From Octopus vulgaris (taxonomy: Eukaryota): a stretch of DNA of 64,000 nt. The notes below the pieces were generated by a model. It did not search any database. It saw only the letters and a program-made list of their open reading frames with translations, and was not told where the DNA came from. Positions 1 to 13,228 of this stretch are shown here, piece by piece; within the stretch, counting starts at the first letter, position 1; each line of letters starts with the position of its first letter. Position numbers and translations under genes: made by a program. The DNA is taken from assembly GCA_951406725.2 (NCBI GenBank), contig OX597820.1, positions 120,218,001 to 120,282,000 on the forward strand, written 5' to 3'.

Positions 1-432
1 TTTGTACAGTATTTTTATATAAAACATCTTGAAAAATTCATTGATTTGCATTCCATCACAATTCCTAATTAGAGGACCATTTTTCTATGTGTATAGACAT
101 TCTTCCTTATCTTTCTTCATCTTAGCTTCCATCTCTTCATACATACACGATTTCATACTCACACAGGCATACACTAACAAAAATTACTGATTTCAAATTT
201 TGGCACAACGTCAGCAATTTCGATGGAGGTGGTGTGTCAATTACATCGACCTCTGTACGCAACGGTTACTGTTGTTATCGACCCGGAAAGAAAAAAAGAC
301 AAAGTCGATTCCAGCGTTACTTGAACTCACCCTAAGGAAGAATATAGAATGGGAAATGATGCATCTTTACGTGTCCGTAATCAGGAATGAGATTGATTGT
401 TCGACTTCATTGTGATATCTTTATCCTTAGCC

Positions 433-813
433 TTACTCTTTTACTCTTTTACTTGTTTCAGTCATTTGACTGCGGCCATGCTGGAGCACCGCCTTTTTAG
501 TCGAGCAAATTGACCCCGGGACTTATATATACCGAACCGCTAAGTGACGGGGATGTAAACACACCAGCATCGGTTGTCAAGCAATGCTAGAGGACAAACA
601 CACACACACAAACACACACATATACACACATACATATATATACATATATACGACAGGCTTCTTTCAGTTTCCGTCTACCAAATCCACTCACAAGGCTTTG
701 GTCGGCCCGGGGCTATAGCAGAAGACACTTGCCCAAGATTCCACGCTGTGGGACTGAACCGAGAACCATGTGGTTGGTAAGCAAGCTACTTACCACATAG
801 CCACCCCTGCGCC
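433..813 (-). mobile_element. SINE family A (tRNA-derived head, internal TA/CA microsatellite, AGTAAAAG-type tail), internally deleted copy
   Basis: Shares head GGCGCAGG(A/G)GTGGCT..GGTAAGTAGCTTGCTTACCAACCACATGGTTC and tail CAGTCAAATGACTGAAACAAGTAAAAGAGTA with about 10 other copies in the window. Confidence 0.9.
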
Positions 814-1554
814 TCTGTGCTCATTAAGTCACATGTTTCTAACAGATCTTCGTATCGCGGTTGAATATTCTTTTCTCATATATCACCTGAAATCAAAATT
901 AAGTAAAACTCAATTATTATGAAGATTGATGGTAAAACTTTTCAAAGTACGACGTTTGCTTCCTAAAAGGCTAAATATACAAATGCAACAATGGAATCGT
1001 TTGAAAAAAATATAATATTGACTACATTAATGCAAAAATATCAGTCGTGTAAAATCTGTGTAGCTTGCAATTAACCGAATCTAAGACATGGTCAATCAGT
1101 ACCTGACTAGGAGCATCAAATCTTTTAACTTTGTTTCATCTTCTCGTTCCACGAACGTATCGTCGTTACAAGGAACATGAGTGAGAAACAAATAAAATTC
1201 CTTTTCCAATCTACAGAAAGGAAACAACTCTATATTATTTAAACACGATAATAAGCAACATAGTTTTTATATACAACACAAAATAATTTCCAGAAAATGT
1301 ATCTTGCAAAACAAAAATATTTAGGTTCATCTTTCTAATCGGAATTAGAAACCCACCAAAATGGAAGATCCTCATAAGGGCAGTTGGTCTACTAGAAATG
1401 CCAGCAAAATCTTCCCTTATATAACACTCTTCAATTAAAATATGGTAGAGATTATATCATATTAGACTCAGATTTCTTTTAACAATTGAGATTATCGTAT
1501 TTTCAGCATGAACACTCATATATTAACTTGATTCATATCGATCAACGTCTAAAC

Positions 1555-2309
1555 CAGTTGTTCGAAACGGAGATCTATATGACCCTTTGGGGTCCCTCTA
1601 AGATTTTGTTAAAATTCATTTGCACTGTCTAAGATGCGCAAAGAATTTTTAGCAATTTTTTATAGAGATGCTAATAATATCTATATATATAAAACTGTAG
1701 TTGTGTGAGTGTCTGTCCCCTTCGATTTAGATTCCTAACTACTCCCACATTTTGCGGTGCAGTTTAACCAAAACCGGATATCTTATAGTCGTGATTAATA
1801 TCAAGCCCGTCTGGCTATTAGCGCGCGTCTACGATGAGTCTACGATTTTAAAAATAATTTAACATCATTTTTTATTCCATTTTAATGCATAATTTTTCGT
1901 GTGTCGATGGCGGCGGAGTTGGCGTCCATGGTCACACCTGCACCTGTGTTTGCTTCTCCCCCTTCTTCCCTCCCTCGTGAAGCTGTGGGGAAGGGAGTGT
2001 AAGGAAATCAACGTCGTAAAGCGTTGTCAAGGAGACCAGCGTTCTTTTAGCACAACGACTTCATGGCTTGAAGACACCAAAACAGAAATGGCTAAGAAAG
2101 CCAGAATTGGCATCTATAAGGGAAGTAACTCTCTAAAAATGCTTATATAGTTATTTCCCTTGCAAACCCGAGCAACGCCGGGCGATACTGCTAGTTTAAT
2201 TATAAAAATATAATAGGAATTTTTAAAACAGAGATTGGTTATGAATGTCCGCCCAACTGAAAACTGGAATTAAAGGGCTTCATATGTAATAAATAGCTGA
2301 GAACCATTG
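1555..2309. mobile_element. Old hAT (Charlie-like) MITE, host of a nested Helitron
   Basis: Termini CAGTTGTTCGAAAC / GCTGAGAACCATTG; 8-bp TSD GTCTAAAC (1547-1554) / ATCTAAAC (2310-2317). Confidence 0.65.
1680..2194 (+). mobile_element. Non-autonomous Helitron, copy 1
   Basis: A|TC start, subterminal hairpin CCCGAGCAACGCCGGG, CTAG|T end, no TSD; three more copies in the window. Confidence 0.85.
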
Positions 2310-3030
2310 ATCTAAACAATCTTAAATAAGAAATCTCGATAGCAAAGGCACAGTTTAGCATAAAAAACTAAAAGAGAAAACGATAAGCATGTAGACAAAA
2401 CTGAAAGCTCGGCTCTCAAGGAATTTTTCTATTTTAAACAGCGAAACATCCAGTAAAAACGTCATTGAAATAAAGCAGTAAATGCAACGAAAGCATCGTA
2501 ATAACAGCTGCCCACATAACAAGTGCAAATGGAAAGCGATTAGGCTGTAAGTTTCCGAAAACATAAAGAGAGAGAAAGGAAAATCGACGAAAACTCCATG
2601 ATTTCGAATGCATTATTCTTGCAAATCAGAGCAAATCAAAAGTGAAAAACTGAAATTTAGAAACTTGTGAAATGATTCACGTGTAAACACCTAAAGCATG
2701 GATGAAGAGAAATAGTCACAACACGCAAAGATATATGTAAATAGTCGTAACGGTCCAAACGAAGAGTGTAGGTCTGAAATAAATATCTCTCTTCATATAT
2801 GAGACGATGGTGTGATGTAGTAGGATGTTGACCAAGGAAGTGGAACAGGATGGGTGCTATAGGCATTTCAGTTAGTTGAAATAGTTTCGGATGTCCAGGA
2901 AAAGAAACTATCATTTCTGTAAGTCTAGAACCTACGAGTGTAGGTATCCATATGGTTTGGTACTTTTTGAAGGAAAAGTAAAGAGAGAGGGTGAAGAAGT
3001 GGAATGAACACACACACACACATATATATA

Positions 3031-3442
3031 ACTCTTTTACTATTTCACTTGTTTCAGTCATTTGACTGCGGACATGCTGGAGCACCGCCTTTAATCGAGC
3101 AACTCGACCCCGGGACTTATTCTCTGTAAGCCCAGTACTTATTCTATCGGTCCCTTTTGCCGAACCGCTAAGTGACGAGGACATAAACACACCAGCATCG
3201 GTTGTCAAGCAATGCTAGGAGGACAAACACAGACACACAGACATACACGCACACACATATATATATATATATACATATATACGACAGGCTTCTTTCAGTT
3301 TCCTTCTACCAAATCCACTCACAAGGCTTTGGTCTGCCCGAGGCTATTGTAGAAGACACTTGCCCAAGATGACATGCAGTGGGACTGAACCCGGAACCAT
3401 GTGGCTGGTAAGCAAGCTACTTACCACACAGCCACTCCTGTG
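3031..3442 (-). mobile_element. SINE family A, full length
   Basis: Colinear with the other family A copies from head to tail. Confidence 0.92.
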
Positions 3443-3837
3443 TTATATATATAACATAAGAATGGAAGAACAAAAGAGAATGAGTGGAGGAAATATTCTG
3501 ATGAACGCCGTTTTATGGTTGATTCCATAAACTTTGTGATATAGAAATTGAGTTTGACAGGATGCTAGCTGCCAGGAACATATTGATTCTTCTTGGCAAT
3601 GGAAATAATACACCGTTTTCCCAAAGATCTTAGTGTATTTTGTAGAAATCGAGAGACTTAAGGCTGTGGCGCATCTGTAAAAGGTAACGAAAGTAAATTT
3701 GAAATGGTCAGTGGCCGTCCACATTTGAACTGACAAAATTAGTTTGAAATTGGTAAGTCTGCAAGTTGGTGGGAATTGTTTGGCGGAAGGGCATTCGCTT
3801 GATGGGTTTGTACAAGAGCACATACTTTCTAAATATC

Positions 3838-4068
3838 TCTTTCTTTACTACCCACAAGGGGCTAAACACAGAGAGGCCAAACAATGACAGACAAACAGAT
3901 TAAGTCGATTATATCGACCCCAGTACGAAACTGGTACTTATTTAATCGACCCCGAAAGGATGAAAGGCAAAGTCGACCTCGGCGGAATTTGAACTCAGAA
4001 TGTAGCGGCAGACGAAATACCGATAAGAACTTCGCCCGGCGTGCTAACGTTTCTGCCAGCTCGCCGCC
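3838..4068 (-). mobile_element. SINE family B (tRNA-derived, GCCTTTCATCCTTTCGGGGTCGAT core), full length
   Basis: Head GGCGGCGAGCTGGCAGAAACGTTAGC, B-box-like GAGTTCAAATTCC; TSD CTTTCTAAATATC at 3825-3837 and 4068-4080. Confidence 0.92.
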
Positions 4069-4274
4069 TTTCTAAATATCGTGAACGCTTACGTCATTCC
4101 TATCACAATACCTACTATTTTGCCTACAGGTAGGGGGCTCAGACGAACAAGTGATCCCAAATACAGATAGAGTTTCTCAGCATCAACTGTATCTTTAGTC
4201 TAAAAAAACTGCACAGTAATGAACAAGGCCAATGAAAATTCCAGAGTGTATAATATAAGTTTTCTACATGTAGC

Positions 4275-4662
4275 TGGATGGAAGCACTCCGTCGGTTACG
4301 ACGATGAGGGTTCCGGTTGATCCGAATCAACGGAACAGCCTGCTTGTGAAATTAACGTGTAAGTGGCTGAGCACTCCACAGACACATGTACCCTTAACGT
4401 AGTTCTCGGGGATATTCAGCGTGACACAGAGAGTGACAAGGCTGGCCCCTTGAAATACAGGTACAACAGAAACAGGAAGTAAGAGTGAGAGAAAGTTGTG
4501 GTGAAAGAGTACAGCAGGGATCACCACCATCCCCTGCCGGAGCCTCGTGGAGCTTTAGGTGTTTTCGCTCAATAAACACTGACAACGCCCGGTCTGGGAA
4601 TCAAAACCGCAATCCTATGACCGCGAGTCCGCTGCCCTAACCACTGGGCCATTGCGCCTCCA
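4275..4662 (-). mobile_element. SINE family C1 (tRNA-Arg-like head; probably one of the octopus OR-type SINEs)
   Basis: Head TGGAGGCGCAATGGCCCAGTGGTTAGGGCAGCGGACTCGCGG; near-identical to 40141-40533; ACATGTA on both flanks. Confidence 0.9.
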
Positions 4663-4980
4663 CTCACATGTACCTACCACTGCAATGTCTCAACAAGTAG
4701 AAACATACAAACAGTAGATAACTGCACCTTCTTTATCGAACGTTCTGATATTATAAGGTGGAGTATAGGGCTTAGCACGAACTCAGAACAGCTCAATGCA
4801 TCGTAACTTGTGCATCAACCACCAATACCTGTGATATACGTGGGCTTGATGCTGATTGATAATACCTTATAATATATTACTTAATGGAAAAAAGAGAGCA
4901 CTGCGGTGTGAAGTTAAAGCAGCAGCTATTTGCTGATAGGAAAGTGATCATTCTGCGAGTGGCTTCAAATTTATTGTAAA

Positions 4981-5368
4981 CTAGCAGTATCGCCCGGCGT
5001 TGCTGGGGTTTGTAAGGGAAATAACTATATAAGCATTTTTAGAGAGTTATAGCCAAAAAATAGCAAAAAAGTGCATTAAAAATGGAAAAAAATGATGGTA
5101 ATTTTTTTTAAAATCGTTGACTAATCGTAGACATTTTTAGAGAGTTACTTCCCTTATAAAATATCGAAAAAATGCATTAAAATGGAAAAAAATGATGGTA
5201 ATTCTTTTTTAAAATCGTAGACGCGCGCTAATACCCAGAAGGGCTCGATATGAATCACGACTATAAGATACCCGGTTTTGGTTAAACTGCACCGCAAAAT
5301 GTGGGAGTATTTAGGAATCTAAATCGTAGGAGACAGACAGCACACAACCTCACTTTTATATATAAAGA
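4981..5368 (-). mobile_element. Non-autonomous Helitron, copy 2
   Basis: Same TC...hairpin...CTAG ends, inserted in an AT dinucleotide; internal ~95-bp tandem duplication. Confidence 0.85.
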
Positions 5369-6654
5369 TTAATAAAACGCGTAGGTGTATAAATATATTT
5401 TTAGCAGGTTAAAGTAAACAGACGTGATTGAGAAATAGTGCGTTATTATATTTGAGATTAAAATGTTCAGAGCCTTGTGGATACGAACATGATGAACAAA
5501 TAGAATAAATTAGTAAACGCAAGAATCATATATATATATATATACACCTGTATATCTCAGTGTGATTAGATTGGGTACGCTGTTTCTTTATTTGTTTCTC
5601 TCACAAGAAATTAAAACACAGTTAGTTGCAGATATATTTGAAAATAGGACCGAAAAAATGAAATTAAACATATACTGCTATACATTGTACTTTCAAAATT
5701 ATATACGAAATGCATTTCTGTTTGCATATAAGAATAACAGATACCTTTCGTGTAAAGTTTCACTAAATATTTATTTGTTTTAAATTCTGTGTATTGAGAG
5801 TGAGAGACAGAGAGAATAAAATTTGCATTCCAAACGTCTGTATGTAGAAATATTCACCTGTGTGCGTACATTCTGTAAAATGGAAGAAGATAACAGCAAC
5901 TCTATTTCATAATTTCTCCAATCTTCCAATCAACAATTCCCTTGTGTTTGATTTCTTATTCATTCAGCAAAGTGTCTGAGATTTGTCAATTTGTCAATAA
6001 TTAAGTTTTCAGCGAAATGAAGACTGATAAAGCTTCCGCTAGCGATTCACGATTGAGACGAAGGAAACATGTCTTGTATTTAAGAGACTGTTGTCCTTTA
6101 ATTGTATTCATTTTAATTACATTTAGGATATTAATCTTTAGAATTCGGAGCCCTTTCAATGATAGTTTCTTCTTCCTATTTGCACTTCTCGATATCAATG
6201 GAATTGATGATTTGCCAAGGAAAAGAGACACATTGATCAATTCGCTATCTTATAAAGGAAATTACTCTATTGTATACACATTAGTGATAAAATTACTTTA
6301 CACTCGACATCTCCAGCTCTAGGTTTCTACTTAGTCCGATACCTATGCTTTGTTCACGTGGGTCCCTATTTTCGTTTTGTGGAAAAAGGTTTTGTCGTTT
6401 CTGTCAGTGGATGTCACCGCCATTGATTCATCCTTCAAACATCCGGTCCGTGATTTCCCATTATATGTATGGACGATGGATTTAAAGGAAGCAGGAACTT
6501 GTAAAATGTAGATATAACGTTAGGAAAGCAGTCTACTTCGAGATTTGATAGAATAATATCGAAAAGATTTCCAGGCAAACATCTGTAAAGTTTGAAACAA
6601 ATTCAACTTATTTGTCCACCATAGATACTAAACCTCTTCCTATTAAATATTAAA

Positions 6655-6811
6655 CGTATCTGATATATTACCCTGCTTCAGTATATTTGATAAGTTATCC
6701 TCTTAACAATCGTGTCTAACAGGTTATCCCACCTTTAACATATTCGATAGGATATCCTCTTAACGGTCGTATCTGACAGGTTACCCCACCTTCAACATAT
6801 TTGATAGGTTA
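6655..6811. repeat. Minisatellite, 56-57 bp unit x ~2.8
   Basis: Units start at 6655, 6711 and 6768 (CGTATCTGACAGGTTACCCCACCTTCAACATATTTGATAGG...). Confidence 0.85.
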
Positions 6812-7134
6812 AATAATTTTAAGCTCTAAACGTTAACTAATTCGGACTACGATAAAATCAAATAACACGTGAATTATGACGTGGAAGTCTAACTGTTCAA
6901 CAATTTGGCTGTAGGCAATGCATAGAGGGGAATCTATATGTTATTCGCAAGAGGAAGTTGTGAATATATATAAATGTTGATTAAGGATGTAACAAATTAT
7001 TCCTCCAAACAAACGGTAAAGATTTATGCGGATGTACCAAAAGTCTGTAATGACAGCAAAAGTCTGAAAAGATAGCAACATAGTCGTATTTTAATGAAAT
7101 AAATATAAATGTAAAGTTCTTTCCCATATACACC

Positions 7135-7211
<77 letters not shown>

Positions 7212-7321
7212 TACATATATATATGTGAGTGTATGTGTATGCGTGTGGTAGAGAATTGGTATGGTTGTTTGTGTGTGTGCGTTTTTGTACACTTACTTTC
7301 ACACATACACACACACATACA

Positions 7322-7387
<66 letters not shown>

Positions 7388-7998
7388 AAATTTTGAAATA
7401 CATGTGCAGATATGTTGATTTAGATGTATGTAAAATATTTATGTGTCAGTGCATGCGAGTTTGAAACTTGGGAAATAAATTAGTTAAAGCAAAGTAGAGA
7501 ATTAAAAAGCACCTTCACCACGAACTACTACAGAAGTAGCAATATGCGTACAATAAAGTAGAGAAAAACAAGTAACGACTATAGAGGAACTTCATTTCTC
7601 TCAAGAATATTAATGCATCTACAGCAAGAAATAAAAGGATAAATTTAGATGATGGAAATACATTAAGAGCGTAATAATTCCAGAATCTCCTCATATACAC
7701 TCGAGTTTTATTGCCGCGTCTAAGGTATAGTACGACAAAAAATACATAATCAACGATTTTGATTTGAAGGCATGTACAACAACAGCAAATCTAGTTTACA
7801 AAAGATGGCCGTAAACATCACTTGTTGTCAAAATGCTACAATAAAAATGATGCATGGATGAATATTTGTAGAGGTTTGTACATAAATTTTACGGAAATAT
7901 ATCAGATTAAAATAAACACACCCAAATATATCTGCATATATAGTTAGACATAGGAATACATATGCATGCAAATACACTCACCCTATAACACAAACGCT

Positions 7999-8034
<36 letters not shown>

Positions 8035-8554
8035 CACACACAAACACACACACATAAGCAAGCAATCAGTTACACACGTATATACAAAAGCTCTATGAAC
8101 ACGTGATGTGGATATGTGTATAGAAACGCAAATTCTACGGAATTATATATCGATGTAAGACAAAGATTTCCTTAAATAACGTGCGTAAACAGAAACACTC
8201 AAACACATACATACACACATGTACACTAACATATATGTGTATATAAGCGTGTGTACGCGCGTGCGTGTGATCTTTTTAACGTTGAGTTATGCTCAATTCA
8301 AATTTGTTTCATTGATGCTGAACCGTCAAAGAATTATGTTCAAGTCTTCCTTTACAAAACGCATCGATGCTAAATCATAATTACTACGGAAGCAGCCGAA
8401 CTATGTTACGTAATGTGAAAGGGAATTGCGGATATTTTCGCTGACGAAAGGTCAACAAACTATGGAAACGTCCATGATAAGAAAACTATCCCCAGCTTTC
8501 TCCGCAGCAATTGCAGAATAAGATTGGATAGAAGGAATCTTGTATCGTTGAAAT

Positions 8555-9185
8555 TTTACTTGTTTCCGCCATTAGGCTACTACCATACTGGAGCAAAGAA
8601 GGATTATAGTCAAACAAATCTAATGGAGGAATAAATTTCTTAAAACCAAGTATTTACTTCATCGGGCTTTGCCGAACCGCAACGAAATGAAAACAATCGT
8701 CAAGTAGTGATGGGGTACTAATGCATGCACAAGTACACTCACACACACGCACACTCATATACACATACACACACACAGACGCATGCACACGCGCGCTCAC
8801 ACACACATACGCACACAGTTCAATTTTTCGGAAAACAAAACACGAAGACAGGTGAAGGAAAAACAAGCAAGTATATTAGTTTAACGCTCGGGAATCATAG
8901 AAAAGTCTTTGAGGTTTCGAGTTTACGCTCCTCGATAGAAAGTACCGAGAGGTAAAAAAATGGATAGAGAACGGAAAAAAAACAGAGAAAAATGTGTACG
9001 TATGAACGGTTCAACATATATGACGGCTTACTTTCACTTTCCGTTTGCCAAATCACCAAATTCATCCATCAATTTGTTGGGGATTAAATAAGAAGCTGCA
9101 ACAGAAAAACACTTGCCCAAGGTGCTACGCAGGAGGACTGAATCAGGAACCATGTGGTTGGGAAGAAAACTTCTTACCACAGTCT
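8555..9185 (-). mobile_element. Old, diverged SINE family A copy interrupted by a microsatellite and a PLE-like fragment
   Basis: Degenerate tail TTTTACTTGTTTC..CTGGAGCA near 8555 and head ACTTGCCCAAGGTGCTACGCAG..ACCATGTGGTTGG at 9111-9160. Confidence 0.6.
8907..8942 (-). ncRNA. Degenerate minimal hammerhead-like motif (variant core)
   Basis: Minus strand: CTTTCTA-TCGAGGA-GCGTAAACTC-GAAA-CC-TC-AAAG. Confidence 0.3.
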
Positions 9186-9807
9186 ATAACTATCTTACAG
9201 TATCCTTTGTAATTAGACAGCCGTCAATTACTGACGCGCGTCAAAAGAACAGATATGAATATTAGTTATCTACAAAACTTATTCATGGCTGCTTCATAAA
9301 TAATTGGTCAGCTAGGTAACCAGTCCTTTCCAAGGACTGACAACAAACGGTGGATCATTCCTTGAAGCTTGCCTCTCAACTTTTCTTTTTTATGCGTGTA
9401 GTACTTTTCTTTTTTAACTTAGAATGGGATATCAAAATATATAGATCTTTACTTCTTTTCTTCTAATTTGGAATGCGCCGTAGATAAATACATATTATAT
9501 GTGTGTGTGATGCATGTTTGTATTTGTATGTAAGTGTATGTTTTCGCACTAAATTTGTCGATTCACGCCATATTTTCTGAGGAACAGCTTGATGTGTTTG
9601 TAAGCATTTGGCGCCGCTTGATAGCTTAACGATTAAATTTGTCGTTGAGAAAAAATTAGATGCCATGAAGTCTGACTGAAAGTCATCAGGATATTGTAAA
9701 AAGAGTTAGCTATACCAAAATGACATCCTCACATCTATTGCATGTTCTTCGTACATTGTAATGACTCTAGAATATAGTGGTCCTTGTTTCTCTTGACCTT
9801 GGGTATT

Positions 9808-10038
9808 TCTCCTCATATCTGGCCACCCAAATCCCCAGACTGCGACCCTCTTCATTATTGCGTGGTACACTTTTGCGAGAGACCAACAAAACTCCTTGTA
9901 ACACCCAAAATGAACTGAATACAAAGGGTTATGACAACATTCACGAACGACAACAAGAAGACTGCCCAGAAGAGTTGGAAGAGATTCTGAAGTCGTCTGG
10001 AGGTCGTGGTTGAAGCCAATGGCGATTATATTGAATAG
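9808..10038 (+). pseudogene. Tc1/mariner-superfamily transposase C-terminal remnant
   Basis: Translates as SPHIWPPKSPDCDPLHY...RETNKTPCNT...RF*SRLEVVVEANGDYIE*, matching the WPPxSPDxNPLDY and V..ANG.YIE motifs; has a frameshift and a stop. Confidence 0.8.
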
Positions 10039-10136
10039 TATTTCAATATATGTTTATGTAATTTTGGTAAATATATACATCACTCTCTATTTTGTATCTT
10101 ATCTAAATTAAATATTATTTAACCATCCTCTCACAC

Positions 10137-10186
10137 CGTCTCCGAAGAAAGGATATAATAAACATCCTGGAAACAGCTGTAAGACG
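10137..10186 (+). ncRNA. Minimal type I hammerhead ribozyme motif (PLE-type), core CCGAAGA
   Basis: CGTCT-CCGAAGA-A-AGGAT..ATCCT-G-GAAA-CAGCTG(palindrome)-TA-AGACG; second copy at 30869-30916. Confidence 0.65.
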
Positions 10187-10512
10187 TTCTGTCTATAAAT
10201 GTCAACACAGACTTGGTTATTTATCTCATTAAGAAAAAAACAATTATATATACACGCTGACATAGAACCAACGTTGAACCCTTTATTCGATTAATCACCG
10301 AACCTGGAACTTAACTATGGTCTGTTTATAGCACTTATTCAGCATTACCTGACACCTTTGTGTCTCAATGATACCACTACCTCTCATAATCTCTCCATCT
10401 CTCTCACACGCACACACTCTCTCTCTCTCTCTGTCTCTCTACACACACACATATATATAGACCTATCCCTCACTGTGTCTCTCTCTATATACATATACCT
10501 TATATGTATATG

Positions 10513-10539
<27 letters not shown>

Positions 10540-10569
<30 letters not shown>

Positions 10570-10915
10570 CTATATGTATCAATCTATCTGACCATCTATC
10601 TATGTATCTATGTATGTATGTATTTATCTATCTATCTATCTACCTCTCTCTCTCTCCCTCTTCATATATATATATATATATGTATATGTATCTATCTATC
10701 TATCCATCTATCTATGTATCTATGTATGTATGTATGTATTTATCTATCTATCTACCTCTCTCTCTCTCTCTCCCTCTTCATATATATACATATACATATA
10801 TATATGTATATGTATATGTATCTATCTATCTATCCATCTATGTATGTATGTATGTATGTATCTATCTATCTATCTACCTACCCCTCTCTCTCTCTTTCTT
10901 TATATATATATATAC
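10540..10915. repeat. Higher-order compound microsatellite
   Basis: Block (TA)n-(TATC)n-(TATG)n-(TATC)n-ACC-(TC)n recurs three times. Confidence 0.8.
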
Positions 10916-11961
10916 AGGGAATGTCTCCCAAAAGTCTATAAAATCTTAGAATGCTAATGAGGTGAGTGTTGAATTAAATATATTTCCCTCTCAACCGTTT
11001 GTCTAATCATAAGAAATGTTCTTAAAGTGCACTTTCTACTACTTTATATTTCTTTACAGACACGTACGTGCACACATACACAGCCACACGCGCGCACACA
11101 CAGACACGTGTACAAACACACGTGCACGCACATACGCACGCATATATTCACAAATATTAGGAAAAAATCCGATATACTTCAGAAAATAAAAAAAATTAAA
11201 TAAAATGTAGTCGATGCTCCATCAGGTATAAACGTGAGAGTTTTTAGTCACTCTCATATCAACCGCTGTATTATACCCACAATGGACAATCTAAATTAGA
11301 TATAATGTGGTATGATGAGTAGCTAATTCTACAGACATAAAAAGCGGTAAATATTTAACACTAGTAATTTTATCTTCCAGAGTTAACTGCAGCCGCCCTT
11401 TCATATTATTAACTACACAATGAAAATCTTTCTAAATTTTGTCTCGTATGAAAAATCATGAATATGTTGTCAGGGTCAGCTGTATTTCAAATCATCATAG
11501 AAAGTCTCAATTGAAATAATTACATACAACCCACCGCTACCACCAACATCAACGTCGGCAAAAATCGTACCAAAATATAATAAGAAAGCTACTTGAATTG
11601 CGTCTATATTAATGTTATATAAAGCCAAAATTCTGTCTTACTTGGCTGAAATTGAGAAGTATTTCTTAGCTGACCCGTTCATATTGTTCACGAAATTATT
11701 AATAGTTATCAAGAATAGAAAACGAACATTGCCAAAAATAGCATTCACCATGCTGCTGCAGCGCTGTCTTTTTATAACTTTAAAAGACATAAGATTGAAT
11801 AAGATGGATAATAGAGAGTAAATATGGCCGACTTGTATGACGTATGTTTTCTGAAGAGATAAAGAAGTTTTATAGTCGTATAAAAGAGAACGAATGACTG
11901 ATTCAACGTTTGTATTTAATATGTAAATAACAGACTGCTGTTATAAGTCAAGAGCAAATAT

Positions 11962-12031
<70 letters not shown>

Positions 12032-12134
12032 GTAAATAAATATATATACATATATGTATATATATATATATAAATAAATAAATAAATAAATAAATATATA
12101 TATATATATATATGTACATATGTACATATATATA

Positions 12135-12309
12135 TACTCTTTACTCTTTTACTTGTTTCAGTCATTTGACTGCGGCCATGCTGGAGCACCGCCTTTAGTC
12201 GGCCTGGGCTATAGCAGAAGACACTTGCCCAAGATGCCACGCAGTGGGACTGAACCCGGAACCATGTGGTTGGTTAGCAAGCTACTTACCACACAGCCAC
12301 TCCTGCGCC
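12135..12309 (-). mobile_element. SINE family A with large internal deletion
   Basis: Tail joined directly to head at GCCTTTAGTCGGCC. Confidence 0.88.
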
Positions 12310-12315
12310 TATCAG

Positions 12316-12374
<59 letters not shown>

Positions 12375-12444
12375 CAAATAAATAAATACATACACATATA
12401 TATACAGATACGTAGATAGACAGATATCACATACATACGATGTT

Positions 12445-12635
12445 GGTTTCAAAGATTGTCACAAGTCCAGTGATTTCAGTGTTGAAAGCGAGTAAGTGAA
12501 TTACCTGAAAAGCTGCGTTTAACTGGACCTTCCTTTGTTGATCACTAAAGGACGAAAGACGATTTGAACTCAGAACATAAAGATGGAAGAAATGCCGTAT
12601 GCATTATGCCCAGTGTGCTAACGATTCTGCCCCGA
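12445..12635 (-). mobile_element. Old diverged SINE family B copy
   Basis: GATTTGAACTCAGAAC...GAAATGCCG..GCATT..GCCCAGTGTGCTAACGATTCTGCC matches the family B head. Confidence 0.6.
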
Positions 12636-12706
12636 ACACCACATGAAACACACAAATACACACATATACACGTATGCACACACACCCGCCCACAAGCACA
12701 CACACA

Positions 12707-12764
<58 letters not shown>

Positions 12765-13038
12765 CACACACACACACAAACATACAAGCAGACGCACACG
12801 TTCATATTTAATATTAAAATACATTGGTATATATGATATTAAACATGACATTGAAATTTATTATTTATAATCAGGGATTATAAATAATAGATTCGCTTAA
12901 AGTATATCACATCATCTGAAATGTATTTATTGACGGTAATACGTTCATATCAGAATCACAGAAATGCATTAATTCCACTATAGGTCTTTAGTGTGTTTCT
13001 CCTACGTAAACACGACAATTTTGCTAGCAGGCTGCGTA

Positions 13039-13096
<58 letters not shown>

Positions 13097-13180
13097 TTTA
13101 TTTATCATATATATATATATATATATATTTTTATATATATATTTATCAAAATATACATATACATACATACATATATATGT

Positions 13181-13228
<48 letters not shown>

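Noticed and set aside
2657-3823. Longest non-repeat-looking ORFs (183 aa and 126 aa)
   Set aside because: The first begins inside SINE A; the rest may be decayed LINE sequence but has no recognisable intact domain.
4590-4662. tRNA-Arg-like sequence
   Set aside because: It is the head of SINE C, multi-copy and without a complete cloverleaf; not a tRNA gene.
6655-6811. CRISPR-like periodicity
   Set aside because: Whole units repeat with no unique spacers; the context is eukaryotic and there are no cas genes.
8436-8486. CTGACGA...GAAAC hammerhead-like motif
   Set aside because: Stems II and III do not pair convincingly; at best a decayed copy.
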